Below, piece by piece: positions 36,329-49,506 of a DNA stretch of 64,000 nt (the first letter of the stretch is position 1; every line of letters starts with the position of its first letter). A program made the position numbers and the translations under genes. The stretch covers positions 60,328,001 to 60,392,000 of the forward strand of contig NC_086108.1 of NCBI RefSeq assembly GCF_963921235.1, in the 5' to 3' direction. The stretch is from Mobula hypostoma (lineage: Eukaryota). A model generated the notes under the pieces. The model searched no databases. It was not told the DNA's origin and worked only from the letters and a program-made list of their open reading frames with translations.

Positions 36329-36999
36329 ATTACTCCCAGTCTCCAGGATTAATCCTGACCTTGGTACATTCTGTGTAGAGTTTCTTCCTGTGGCTTCGTG
36401 AGTGCCCCCAGTGCTTGAGTTTGCATCCATTAATCCATATGTCTGTGTGGATTAAGTTGCTACTGTGCTTTACCTCTTAGTTGTGGAATGTGACAAAAGA
36501 ATCATAGAACACAGAAATTTATAGATGGTCTGGTCACTGAGGTGAAAACCACATCTCAGCCAATTTTTTCTCCTATGTTACAGTATTCACAACATAATAA
36601 TAAGTACTTTATTGATCCTGAATGGGAAATTATTTAATTATTTAAAACATCCTCTACATCCTCTCCAGTGCAATCACATTTTCTTCTCTGATGAACAACA
36701 GCATTCTCAATACACAAGCAGGAAATGTAATAGGCATGGAAGAAAAAATATCCCCAACAGTTCCACAAGAAAAGCTGGCAGTTTCATGTAGAATTGTTAA
36801 AATAACTCGGGTCATTATGTTTATGTCCAGACTCTCTTTGGGCTCATCAGAGTTTCCTGAAAAGCTCAACTGCTGAAATTTCCAAGAGATTAGAATTACA
36901 CCCAGCAAAGACAATGTTTTAGAATTTCACTGTCTTGTAACCTTTCAGTTGCCTTGTTTTCTTGCCTGTGGATCTGGTAAGAATGTGGGAATAAAGGGG

Positions 37000-39158
37000 C
37001 ATAGGGTCATAGAAATTGCTGAACAGAAACTGGCCCTTCAGCCCATCTAGTCCATGCTGAACCATTTAAACTGCCTACTCCCATCGACCTGCGCTGGGAC
37101 CATTCCCCTCCACATGCCAATCCAAACGTCTTTTAAACATTGAAATCGAACTCACATGCACCACTTGTGCGGCAACTTGTTCCACACTCTCACGGCCCTC
37201 TGAGTGAAGACATTTCCTCTCGTGTTCCCCTTAAACTTTTCACCTTTCACCCTTAACCCATGACCTCTAGTTGTAGTTCCACTCAACCTCAATGGAAAGA
37301 GCCTGCTTGCATTTACCCTTTCTATACCCCTCCATAATTTTGTATACCTCTATCAAATCTCCCGAACCTATTCATTTATTCCTTAAAACTCAGATCCTCT
37401 AGTCCTGGCAACATCCTTGTAAAATTTCTTTGTACTCTTTCAACCTTATTTACATCTTTGCTGTAGGTAGGTAACCAAAACTGCACACAATACTCCAAAT
37501 TAGGCCTCACCAACATCTTATACAACTTCAACTTAACATCCCATCTGCTGTACGCAATACTTTGATTTATGAAGGCCGATGCCAAAGGCTTTCTTTATGA
37601 CCCCATCTACCTGTAATCTGTCTGTCTAGGTACCATATCCGATGCGGACTTTGGTGACCATGGTTTTCCATATAGATCTATCCTTCGTTTTTGGATGACT
37701 TCCATTTCCTTGATGTGTAGCCACCTGGCTATGCTTTTGATGTACATAAGCTGAGGTCTTCCTCTAGGTTTGCTCCCCTCAATCTTTCCAGAGAGTATGA
37801 GTTTTTCTAGTTCATCTTTCTGCATGATGTGTCCTAGGAATCTGAGTTGTCTTTCTCTTATTGTTGGTATGAGTGATCGAACTGCTTGGGCTCTTCTGAG
37901 AACTTCTTCATTTGATGTGTGTGTGGTCCATGATATTTTTAACATTCTCCTGTAGAACCATAATTCAGTTGCTTCTAGTCTCTTTTCCATTGCCGGGGAA
38001 ATGGTCCAGCATTCACTTCCATAAGTCAGGATAGAATAAATGTAGCACTGCAGTATTCTGTTTTTAGTGTACATGCTCATTTTTCTGTCTGTTAATATGA
38101 TCTTCATTTTTTGGAAAGCTTCTTTCGCCATTTTGTGTCGCACTTCCCATTACTTGTTATTAGGCTGCCAAGATATCTGAATTTGTTGGTTTGTTTGATG
38201 TTTGTATTTCCAATCTTGATCACACATTGTGGGATGTTTGTCTTTCTGGAGATGACCATGCTTTCTGTCTTCCTGGTGTTGATTGAGAGGCCTCTGTGAT
38301 TACTTTCTGCTGCCATTATAGTGAGTAATTCTTGAAGTTTTGTTTCTGAGTCAGCTATTAGTACGATGTCATCAGCATATCTGATGTTATTTATATTATG
38401 GCCTCCAATTGTGAATCCCTTGATGTCTTTGATACTTCTCAAGATATTTTCACTATACAGGTTAAATAAGTCTGTCGAAAAGACACAACCTTGCCTGACT
38501 CCTCTCATGATATTCACATACTCACTCGCTTCTTCTATTCGGATGGATGCTGTCTGGTCCCAGTATAAGTTTCTTAAGAAACGTATATCTTTCCCATCTA
38601 TGTCAAGATCTTGAAGCATTTCCAGAAGATCTTGCTGTCTGACAGTGTCAAAAGCTTTTGTATAGTCAATGAAACATAGGTAGATGTCCTTTTGTACCTG
38701 GATGGCTCGTTCACAGATCATCCGTAGCATGAAAGTTGCATTTCTGGTTCCAGTGTTTTCCACAAAGCCGCATTGTTCTTCACGATTTCTGGTTTTATAC
38801 AGCGTCTTGCTCTCATCGTGATTACTCTGAGAATAATTTTTGCCACGTAGCTCATCAGGCTTATTGTACGATGTAACTCACATTCTGTTGCTCCCTCTTT
38901 CTTTGGAAGTGTGATGAAAACTGATTTACTTAAATCATCAGTTATCTCCCCATGATCATAGATTTCATTTGCTATTTCTGTTACTTTCTCTATTCCAAAA
39001 TCTAACTGTAATGCCAATTTAAATTAATTATGGACCTGTATACCCAGATCACTTTGTTCTACAGCACTCTTCACTGCCCTACTGTTCACTGTGTAAGGCC
39101 TACCCTGGTTGGTCCTACCGTAGTGCCACACCTCAACCTTGTCTGCATTAAATTCCAT
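37000..39158 (-). mobile_element. CR1 LINE 3' part split by an RTE insertion (37000-37615 and 39028-39158)
   Basis: KLYKMLVRPNLEYCVQFW; CR1 sequence resumes at tggacctgtatacccagatc. Confidence 0.75.
37617..39012 (-). mobile_element. RTE-clade LINE, 5'-truncated, frameshifted
   Basis: CFIDYTKAFDTV, RGVRQGCV.S..LFNLYSE, NNIRYADD, YGSECWT, GRPQLMY; (agac)n tail. Confidence 0.9.
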
Positions 39159-39159
39159 G

Positions 39160-39815
39160 AGCAGAGACTTCAGCAAGTTCTAGAAATTTCTGCAGGTCTT
39201 TTGCTGTTACCCTTGGGCTTTTTTCACTTCCTTCATCAATGCACATTGTACTCTCGTTGTGATCTTTGCTGGATGCCCACAAGTAGGGAGAGGAACAACA
39301 ACAGTACTCAACTTCCTCCATTTGGAGTTAATTACTCTTTGGTGGGCAGATGAACACTCAGGTCTTTAGAACTTCTATTGTAGCCCTTTCCAGCTTTGTA
39401 TGTCTACATCTTTTTTTCTGTGGTGCTCTGAAAGTTGTTTTGATCGAGGCAAGGTCCACATAAAGACACCTTTCTTGAGAAGTGTGGGCTCTGTCGGTAA
39501 CCTGACTTTGTGTCTTTATATCTATAACCCACACCTCCAATCTCATCTCATTGATTGGAACACCTGACTCCAAATAGTTTTTGTAGAAGGCATTACCCCA
39601 GAGGTTCAGATACCTTTTTGAACCTTGACTGTGATTGTTTAAATGGTGTACTCAGTGATGACGAGAAGAAGTACAATTGTTTGTGTGTTATTAGTTTAGG
39701 CAGATTGTGTTTTTCTATTATTGTGACTAAGATGAAGATCAGACCATATTTTATGAGTAATTAATGCAGAAAACTAGGTAATTGCAAAGGATTCACAAAC
39801 TTTTTCTTACAACTG
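39160..39815 (-). mobile_element. Tc1-like transposon 5' half, decayed
   Basis: Ends ggattcacaaactttttcttacaactg|TA; transposase-like remnant toward 39160. Confidence 0.6.
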
Positions 39816-40451
39816 TAACTCATGGTTATTGCAAAAGATTATTTTTGTGTGAAGTTTCCTCAGGAGCTCTTTCTGTTTAATTCTTTTGCCAAATTTTTTT
39901 TTTCCCTGAAAGTCTAGGGTACCCTGCAGGGAGGAGTTATTTACAAAGTGGCAGCTTTGATATTAAATGATTCACTTTTTAAAATTTGCATCTGACAATA
40001 GATCTTACCCTAGAAAATGATAACTATTAAATGAAAGGTACTTATTTTTTTCATGAATATATATTTACAATGGGCTTAAACTTAAATTCAGAAATCACAA
40101 TGCCTTACTTACTTAGCCAAAGCAATGAATTTCAACATACTATATTTTCTGTTAGAGTTCCTTAGCATTTTTACCAAATACTTATCGAGGAATCTGGGCA
40201 AGATAGAAGCCGTTCAAAAACTGGGGTTAATGTGGACCCGAGATATAGAGCTGCAAATGTACTTAAACATATTCAAGAATAATAAGGTTGTAAATTCCCC
40301 AGAAATGTCAATTAGAATATGTGTGTTTCCTTGAAGATGTTTGTCAATGTGCTTTAGAAGACTGTGGTATACATCATATGAAAAGCATGTACCCTGCATA
40401 CATAGGTCTTTCACCAGATCTATGCTTGTAGGTTATGTCTGACAATCTGTT

Positions 40452-42585
40452 CAGAATCAAAAACTGGTTTAGTATCACTGGCAAATATTGAGAAATTTGT
40501 TGTTTGTTTTACAGCAGCACTACATTGCAATACATAATAGAAACACTATAAATTACTATATATATATATGAAATATTAAATATGTAGTGCAAAAAGAGAG
40601 AAAAAAAGTGAGGTAGTGATCATTGATTCATTGTCCATTCAGAAATCTGATGTTGAACACGAAGATGTTGCTCCTGAAACGTTGAATGTCTCTCTTCAGG
40701 CTCCTGTACCACCTCTTTGATGCTAACAATGAGGAGGGAGCATGTCCCAGATGGTGGGGGGCCCATAATGATAGATGCCACTTTTCTAAAGCATTACCTT
40801 TTCTGCAGCTTTTTCTGATACTATGCTGTGACCCCTCCATTACCAGTGATGCAACCAGTTAGAATACCCCCTACGGTACATCTGTAGACATTTGCTCGTG
40901 TCTTTAGTGACATACCAAGAATCCTCAAATTCCTAATTAAATATAGCTGCTGCTGTGTCTTTTTAATTGCATCAATATGTTGGGCCCAGGATAGATCTTC
41001 AGCGATGTTGACGCCCAAGAATTTAAAACTGTTCACCCTTTTCTTTGCTGATCCCTCAATGAGGACTGGTGTGTGTTTCTTCAACTTTCCATTCCTCAGG
41101 TTCATAATCAATTCCTTAGTCTTCCTGATGTTGACTGCAAGGTTGCGACTCCGCTAAACCAGCTGATCTATTTTGCTCCTGTACATCTCCTTGTCACCAT
41201 GAGAAAGTTTGTTAACAAAAGTTGTGTTGCTGGCAAATTTATAGATGGCATTTGAGCTGCACCTAGCCACACAGTCATGGGTGTGAACAGAGTAGAACAA
41301 TGGGATGATACCCCCCTGATGCACCGGTATTGATTTTCAGCGTGGTGGCTCTGTTATTTCTGATCTGCATTGGCTGTGGTATCCAGTGAGGAAATCAAGA
41401 ATCCAGGTGCAGAGGGAGGTACTGAGGCCCAGGATCTTGGAGCTTGTATGATCGTGTTGAACACTGAGCGGTAGTTGATCAACAACAGCCTTTTGGTGGT
41501 ATTGCTATTGTGGAGAGTTAATGAGATTGCATCCACTGTGGACCTATTGTGGCAATAGGCAAAATGCCTAGGCAGGAGTTGATTCCAGCCATGACCAACT
41601 TCCATCGCAGTTGAAGTGAGTGCCACTGAACGATAGTTGTTAAGACAGCTCATCCTGCTCTTCTTAGGCATGGGTATGACTGTTGCACTTTTAAAGCAGG
41701 TGGAACTATCTGACTGCATCAGTGAGAGATTGAAGATGTCCTGAACACTCCTGCCAATTGGTTGGCACAGGTTTTCAGAGCCCTACTAGGTACACTATCA
41801 GGGCCTGATGCTTTGCGAGGGTTCACCCTCTTGAAAGATGTTCTGATGTCAGCCTTCAAGACAGAGACAGGGTCACCAGATGCTGCAGGGATTTGCACAA
41901 GTGTAGTTTTATTCTACCTTTCAAAGTGTCTATAAAAGGTGTTGAACTCATCTGGTAGTGAAGCATCAGAGCCATTCACGATGTTAGGTTTTGTTTTGTA
42001 GGAAGTAACGACCTGTAGATCCTGCCAGAACTGATGTGCATCCTTTTCCGTCTTTTAACGTCAATTGGAATTGTGTCTCCTGCTCTTGAGGTAGCCTTCC
42101 ACAGTTTGTACCTGGACATCTTACCTAGCTGTAGATTGTCGGTCTTGAATGCCACAGATCTAGGCCTCAGCAGACTACGAGGCTTCTGGTTCATCCACGG
42201 ATTTTGGTTTGGGTATGTCTGGTATGTTCTCAAAGGCGCACACCTATCCACACAAGTTGGTGACAACTGTGATGTATTCAGATTCGAGGATGAATCCTTG
42301 AGTGTTGTCCAGTCCCCCACCTCCCTTGTCCTCACCACCGGTGCGGCAGTCGTTAGTGTTTGCTTATACACTGGGAGTAGAAGTACAGCCAGCTAATTGG
42401 ACTTTACAAAGCATGGGCATGGGGTGACATAGTAAGCATTCTTGATGCTGGTATAACAGTAGTCATGGTTTTGGCTCCTCTGGTTCCACAGGTGATATGT
42501 TGGTGGTAGTTGTTCAGAGACTTGTTCAAACTGGTTTGGTTAAAATCCCCTGCACCAATAAGGAAAGGATCAGGATGCTCTGTTA
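40452..42585 (-). mobile_element. Decayed Rex1/Babar-clade LINE (APE end + RT + 3' UTR)
   Basis: AGDFNQTSL, PNQNPWM, CLNNYRSVALTS, FAYCHNRSTVDAISLTLH, FKFLGVNIAEDLSW. Confidence 0.85.
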
Positions 42586-44056
42586 CATACATATATCCCC
42601 GGACTAGGGAACTAGACATGTCTTAGGCGTCATCCATCCCTGATGCAGATGGCTAAGTTTGTTTTCAAAATGTCAGTTAAAATCAATACCTATACCTGGC
42701 TGGAAGCCTGAGAAGAGATTATTCATCTTAAAATGATGTTGCTTACATGTCTGTGACTGTGGATTTCAGCTGTAGCAGTCCTAAATGAGAAAATGCGATG
42801 ATTCCCATCAGAGCTGCACGCAAAGAGTCACCTCTTTTCGGTGGCATCTTAGTGTTGTTGTTGGAGGCAGAGCCTGACCTCCGAACTAGAAAAAGCCCAT
42901 CTGCACATGTTGGAATCAGGCCGGGTATAAAAGAACAAGTCCATGAGACCGGATTGGGCAGCGAGAGCTCTTTATAAATCAATGCAGTAATTTGGTGAAA
43001 CATGGGGATAGTGATTCCCCACAAAGACCAGGTGAGTAGAGGAAGCATAGAAAGCCGTTCCTATTTTTCAGTGCATGGTTTCACTGTAGCCCCAATCTGT
43101 GCCACTACAAACTGACTGCATATGCCCTTGGGCTCAGGTCAGTTTTACATTGGCTGCAGTTGGTTTGGATTCTGATCTCACATCCCAGCAAATCTGAAGT
43201 AGAGGAGAGTTACCTGCTAAATTCACTCTTTCTATTGATTTCACTTTTCAACAGTAATTCCAAATTGAATAAAGCAACTCATTGATAATTTTACCCATTA
43301 ACTGTGGACACACAAAGTGGTAATTCCCTAATGCTGCTCATTCAACAAATAACCAAGATACTCACAATAACCTCTGTCACTGACAGGCTTGTTGAAGTTG
43401 GCCTATTGAATTTGGCTAGGAGTTGACTCAATTAAATTTACCTTGAGAAAAAACGTTGCTGATCAACTTGAGATTTCTCTTGTAGACATGAAAGATTTCT
43501 CCTGTAGTGCACGCAGCATCTCCTTGGTGGACCAGCCGGAACAAACCAATCCATGGGTCTGTCACTGTTAGTATTGAAATTACACACATGGAAGAGAAAT
43601 GCATCCTCTCACTTCTGAACTTCTGGAAGTGTGAGGGGATATTTGGATTGTTTGCTGTAGAAAAAATGCAAAAAAAATTCCAGCAAGCTGTCCATTACTT
43701 GGAGATCATTGATGAAGAGGGAGTGGTAAAGCTCATTTTCCAAGATGGTACAATTTTCCTGTGAGTTTTTTTTAATGTAAAGAACTGTTAACATTTTGAA
43801 AAGTGTTAGGCCTCTGACCTAACACCCCGGAGATATTCCTCATTTAAATAAGAATGGGAGTTCCAGAACTCTTGTAAATAAATACCTGAAATGCTGTACG
43901 TTCAGATCAGAATCACTGTTTACATACTGATCAATCCCTTATCAACATGGCTATTTCTAATGTGCTGCTCTTGTAAATGCCAGATTTTAATTGCATAACC
44001 TATGCGAATGAGTATTAACTGAATGGAGTTTTATGGACTTCTTTCTAATTTTCCAG

Positions 44057-44208
44057 TAACAGCTCATATATCCAGGCTGTGTACAGGCTGTGTTTCCTCT
44101 CCAATCAACGGTTTAGAATTTTTCCATATCACAGCAACCTTATCTACTATCTGAGCCTGCCTGGATTTCGTTTCCGGAAAGCTTGCAACTTGGCGCACCG
44201 TCATACTG
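44057..44208 (+). CDS. CYP4B1: CYP4B1/4T-like exon 6 (SNSSYIQAVYRLCFLSNQRFRIFPYHSNLIYYLSLPGFRFRKACNLAHRHT)
   Basis: ttttccag acceptor, g|gtaag donor; 152 bp, phase 2-1 compatible with neighbours. Confidence 0.92.
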
Positions 44209-44269
44209 GTAAGTATGAAGCCCTTACCAAGTAGATGTAGTCACAAAATATACAAGCTCTAATGAAGTA

Positions 44270-44898
44270 CAGTTGGCCTTCTGTAACCGCGGCGGATTGG
44301 TTCTGGCAACCCCTGTGGATACCAAAATTCGCTGATGCTCAAGTCCCTTATATAAAAGCCTAAGAGTAAGGGTGTTACAAAAAGTGAAAATAGCATCCAG
44401 CATTTGTTTTGCAGCGAGCCGTTATAGAGGCAGTGCGCACCCCGAGCAGCGAGAGTGCTTTATCTCGATTTATTTTGTGCATCCGTTAGCAAGATGTGTC
44501 CTAAGGTATCAGAAGAGCCTAAGAAAGCTCGTAAGGGTGTTACGCTTAGCGTAAAACTGGACGTAATTAAGCGTTTCGATTGTAGTGAACGAAATAAAGA
44601 CGTGCGTGCATTGAACTTGCCTGCATCCACCATTCGTACTATTTACACGCAGAGAGAAAGAATCTTGAAAGCTGCCGATGTTACTATTGGTTCTGCTAGT
44701 AGCATATCATTCCTGCTTTTACAATATGTTAGTGTTATTTTAGGTTTTATGTGTTATTTGGTACGATTTGGTAGGTTGTTTTTTGGGTTCGGCTTACAAA
44801 AGGTTTCAAATGAACGCTCTACTTTCGGATAGCGGGGGATACTTGTACAGTATTTTCGGTCCGCGGATGCAGAACCTGTGGATACGGAGGACGGACTG
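44270..44898 (+). mobile_element. Tigger/pogo-type composite: outer TA-flanked MITE with an inner Tigger remnant encoding a CENP-B-like HTH
   Basis: TA|cagttggccttc..ggatacggaggacggactg|TA; inner end gatagcgggggatacttg|TA at 44845; peptide RKGVTLSVKLDVIKRF..LNLPASTIRTIY. Confidence 0.78.
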
Positions 44899-46829
44899 TA
44901 TTCAATAATAAAATCAGGTTGTGTCAGTTATGGAGTTTGTGATGAAACAAGTCTTGGCACGTTTTAATGACTTATTTCTTCATCAGATTGAAGAAAGTCA
45001 GGAAGGAGAATAAAAACCTTAACTATTTGACTTTTATTATCCACAATAATAAAGTAGTGGAGGCAGTTCAAAGATTTGTATTGAAACAGCAAAGCTGTTT
45101 ATTCTTGCTTGTGTTCGCTGAAACATCGATAAAGGATGGTACCATTGCTAGAGCAAATCAGCAAGTCATTTTGTCCAGGATAAATATCCTTCTAACATAT
45201 TTCAGAGCATAAGTTGAATAATAAATTATGACCAGAACTCACTTCTCTTCAAACAGTAGCATAGAATCTTTTACATCTATTGAAGAGAACATGGGGGAAG
45301 GGATTTTAAGTCAACTCTGAAATGCAGCACCATTGAACTTGAAAAGTTGGTCCGAATTTCCAAGCATCTCTAGGTAGAGCTTGAATCTACAACCTTCTGA
45401 CCCTGAGACAAGGTTGGTACACAGATGATGTCAGTTTATTTGTGAGGGGATATAAAAAATTTGTTAGAGATGGCGAAAGTAACTTTAACTTTACATGCAT
45501 GTCATTGACTTCTGATGGTACTCACCCCAGCACACTGAAAGAAGTAAATGAAGTGTTAATGGTAGCTGGCTAGAGTGTTTCAATCCTCTTCCACATTGCT
45601 ATACAGGGGAGTGAGTACAGAGGACTTTGTCCTCAGCCCTGGTATGATGTGGATAAAATTTCATAGAATCATGTAACAGACTTCAAGCCAATTTCCCTTT
45701 AAGCTTGTGTTGTTTTGTCTTAACTCTTCATTATTTATCAATATGCTCCTTTTTCCCTTTCCAAATATATATCCAATTGCTTTACAATAATTCTTCTGAG
45801 ACAGAGCATTCAGATCGTAACAAATCCCTTGTGAAACGAAATCTTATTTTCCTTTAGGTTCTCTTATCAATTTCTTTGCATGCTTTTAAAATCTCAGTGC
45901 CTACCTGCTTTGGACATTATGGACATGAGATAAGGTCAAACCACTGATTAATATTATTAAAAAATGGCATAACTTCCTTTTTTATGGTTTCTATTGATTA
46001 CGACCCAAAATCCTATACCGATGGATTGGACAAGAAAGGGTTTTTGATTCACAAGACAATGCAAAGTACTGATTTAGTGACAAGCAGTACAAAATATAAA
46101 GGTCAAAAATACCGTTCATGTAAGTTGCATCATTTCATGCGAGAGCCTAAAACTACAAAGTTCTATTCGACACAAGATCAAAAGCATTGTTAATGATGCG
46201 GATGGGAAAGTATGAGGTCAGGAGCAAGACTGTCGATTCAGCTCATTGGAGATGAGGGAAGAAGGTCTAGCTGTCTTTAGCTTTTGGATGGTGAGAGTCT
46301 GCCTTATAGAGGACAACTGCAGTTGGAAAGGGGTAGAGTAGCAATAGACGTTTGGGCTGGATATTAGTTTGCAAATGAGACTGGCTTAGATGGATATCTT
46401 GGTCACTATGAACCAGTTGGTTCAAATGGTCTGTTTCTGAGCTGTATGGCTATTAACTTGGGGTTCAATTTGAAAAGGTGAGGGTGGAGATTGGAGAAGA
46501 TTGTGCTTAAGAACAATTGGGTACAGACGGCTGTGCTAGATATTTGTGAAGTGGGAGTGTAGTCAGAGAAGTCCCACTGGAGGTAGGTTAGGATGGGGGA
46601 TAAAATGGTGTTGCAGGACACAGTTGAAAAGAAGATTGGGATGTGGGGTGAATGAAGACAGGGAATGGTACTTGGCATATCGTTTGGGCTCAAGGTTTTG
46701 TAGTGATCAAGGGTGAGGATGTTGAAAAAGATTTTATGTGTAGCTTTAGACTCTGCCTCAGTCTGACAAAGACTTGGTCTTGAGTACCACTGAACCTGTG
46801 AATTGCTGTAAAATCACATCTAGTTAATT

Positions 46830-46925
46830 TAGCAGGGTCTAGGCCCGAAATGTTCACTGTTAACTCTTTTCCGTTGATACTGCCTGGCCTGCTGAGTTCT
46901 TCCAGCATTTTCTCTGTGTTGTCTT
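46830..46925 (+). repeat. Penelope-type terminal repeat, single arm
   Basis: agggtctaggcccgaaatgtt..ctgcctggcctgctgagttcttccagcatttt. Confidence 0.72.
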
Positions 46926-47482
46926 GTTAATTTGGTTTCTTCAGAGGAGGAAATCTGCAATGCTTACCTATTCTGGCTCATATGACTCACCACTGTGGTT
47001 GGATTATCCTTAATTGCCCCCTTAATGGCCCAGCAAACCACTCAAACAGTGGCAGCTAGGGATAGGCAACAAATCATGGTCTTGCCTGAAAAATGAATAA
47101 ATTACCAGAAAGATGATATTTTGACATTAGCCTACACAACTGGATGGCTAGAAGACTGTCAGGGATTAGACCATGTCTTTATGCACTGCTTTTGTTATGG
47201 GAGATTTTAAGTGATTGCAGAAATTTATAGAAAAGTTGATATAAATATATAACATTATGAGAAATAAAATAAAATATTAGTGTATACTTTCAGCATTAGC
47301 TTGCAGCAGACAGAAAAAATTAAGATTTAGAACAAGTGCAGATGAAGCTTTGTTTTACACAGTGAGTGTTGCAGAATTAGTCATGGCAGTAGATAATCTG
47401 AGAGCAGCTGTTTGGAATTGGTGATAATATAAGGGGGAGGAATAAAGTGTGTACAGGCAGTGACATTATTGCTGGAGATTAA

Positions 47483-48825
47483 GGCTACGTCCACATTAGA
47501 CCGGATAATTTTGAAAACGCCGGTTTTGCATGAAAACGATAGGCGTCCACACCAGGCATTTTTGAAAATACCTCCGTCCACATTAAAACGGGTATTTGGG
47601 TGAATCTCCTCCTACTGGGCATGTGCAGGACACATCTACAGAAAATAAGCGAAGAGAAAACGGTATACTTGGTGCACGTTTGTCCAGTTGCGGACTAGAA
47701 AAACTTAAAAGGAAATTGCCAAACGAAAGACTTGGTGCATGTTTGTCCAATTACAGACTAGAAAAATTTAAAAGGAAATTGCTGAACAACGGACAGTTGT
47801 TGGCTGTCACGCAGGAGGACTTAAAACTTAAAAAACAAATACTGTAGCGTATGGAGGCAACCGACTTGGAGTTCACAGACAGTATGACCTGGCTGATGAC
47901 AAACATTGAAAAACTGACTAACTCTGTTGCAGAGGGGTTTGCAATGATGAGGAATATGATGGCTTCCCCTCCCCCCCCCAGTACTTTTCACCACCACAAT
48001 ACCAGCCTCACAGTCACTACAATAGCTACACATACGGACACACAGACCCTCATCTTCCCCACTCCCACAGAGGGGTCACCCTGGAAACATTTCCTACAGC
48101 CATAGTCTCTTCACTGATGAAAGGGACGACAGCTACAACTAAATCCAATAAGGCTTGTTACTGGGCGAAAGTGAAATTTGCTGTAACCTCATTTGTTTGC
48201 CTTTACTTTTACCACGTCTTTCTATATTATTTTGCTGTATTTAACATGTGCAATAAAATGAGTTACTGGGCAAAAGTGATTTTATTTTTACCTGAGTAAA
48301 AGTGAAACTTACAATTTTCCTTTTTTGGCCTTAACATTTTCACGTCCGTGCCATACATAAGCTACTACGTTTGTACTTAAAAATGACATTTTGGAAGTAG
48401 TGACACTTGCATCTATTGAATATTTGCACAAGCAATACATTAATAAAGCACCTTGTTAAATGTATAAAACGTCTGCATCAGTGTTATCTTGTATTTCCAT
48501 ACAATGTTACATTAGGCTGTTACACATCTATTGTCAGATGATGTTGTTGTTGTGGTGTTGGGGGTTGTGTTCAAGAAAACAATGAAATATGGCACTGCCG
48601 CCACCATCTGTTCCGGCACCTCAGGACAGTGTTTTTAAAAAGCTCCGGTTACCCTGTACACACTACAACACCCAACTGGCGTTTTCAGATTTAAATACTC
48701 TGGAGAGCGTTTTAGAAAAGCTCCATTTTCGGTGGAGGAAAATGCCATTTCAGTGTGGACGGAGGGTCAAAACGAAGAGAAAAAGCTTTGGTTACGGACT
48801 TATCTGGTCTAGTGTGGACGTAGCC
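47483..48825 (+). mobile_element. Non-autonomous PIF/Harbinger transposon
   Basis: TIR ggctacgtccacattagaccggataa / ttatctggtctagtgtggacgtagcc; TAA TSD both sides; coiled-coil ORF remnant, possibly the accessory Myb-like protein C-terminus. Confidence 0.88.
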
Positions 48826-48834
48826 TAAGTATTG

Positions 48835-49339
48835 AGCCTGATTTATACTTCTGCGTCAACCCAACGCCGTAACCTACGCAAGTAGCCTACGTGCGTTGTG
48901 AGCATTTATACTTGTGCGTTGGTGTGTCTGCATCGCGCTGCTATTTGGGCACGTCGCGCATGTGCACACACCTGCCCGCATAAGGCTTCATGGTCGTAGT
49001 AGTCTTTCTCAGGGTAAACAAGTCTAAAGCGAGCGTCGTTTTTCGTAAAAGCGAAATGTGTCCTCCATAATTTCGGAGGTCTGTAAAGCTTTATGGAAAA
49101 CATTGCAGCCAGAGCCAGAGTTCCTTCCCTGCCCTTCAGTCGCCCAATGGGAAGCTATTGCAGCGTAGGAGGAAATACGATGCTCCCAGGCGGACCAATC
49201 ACTGTTGTTGCGTTCTGCGTTGCCGCGATGCGCAGTTACATTTTGGGAGAGGTGCACGTCAGGCTCAGGTGTAGGGATCCGCGTCAGCGGCGACGCAGTA
49301 CTTACGGTGTCAAGTTGACACAGAAATATAAATCAGGCT
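48835..49339. mobile_element. Second Harbinger-like MITE
   Basis: TIR agcctgatttatacttctgcgtcaac / gttgacacagaaatataaatcaggct; flanks ttg / tta. Confidence 0.75.
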
Positions 49340-49506
49340 TTAACAGGAGTTGTTTGGGCTGAATCCTCTGCAAGCTCTTTAAAAGTTCTTGTTTACCTTT
49401 ACATTCTTTGACCTGGGAACACGATGTCATTTGTGATAGGAACATAACAGTAGCAGGAACTGGCCACATACCTGTGCCATCATTCAGCAAGTTTATGGCT
49501 AATCTA

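Noticed and set aside
42740..43040. Non-repeat-looking stretch ending in a strong donor-like cag|gtgagt
   Set aside because: No convincing open frame, acceptor or protein similarity that I could recognise.
46200..46830. Possible decayed Penelope ORF next to a terminal-repeat arm
   Set aside because: Similarity too weak to support by eye; needs tBLASTn against PLE proteins.
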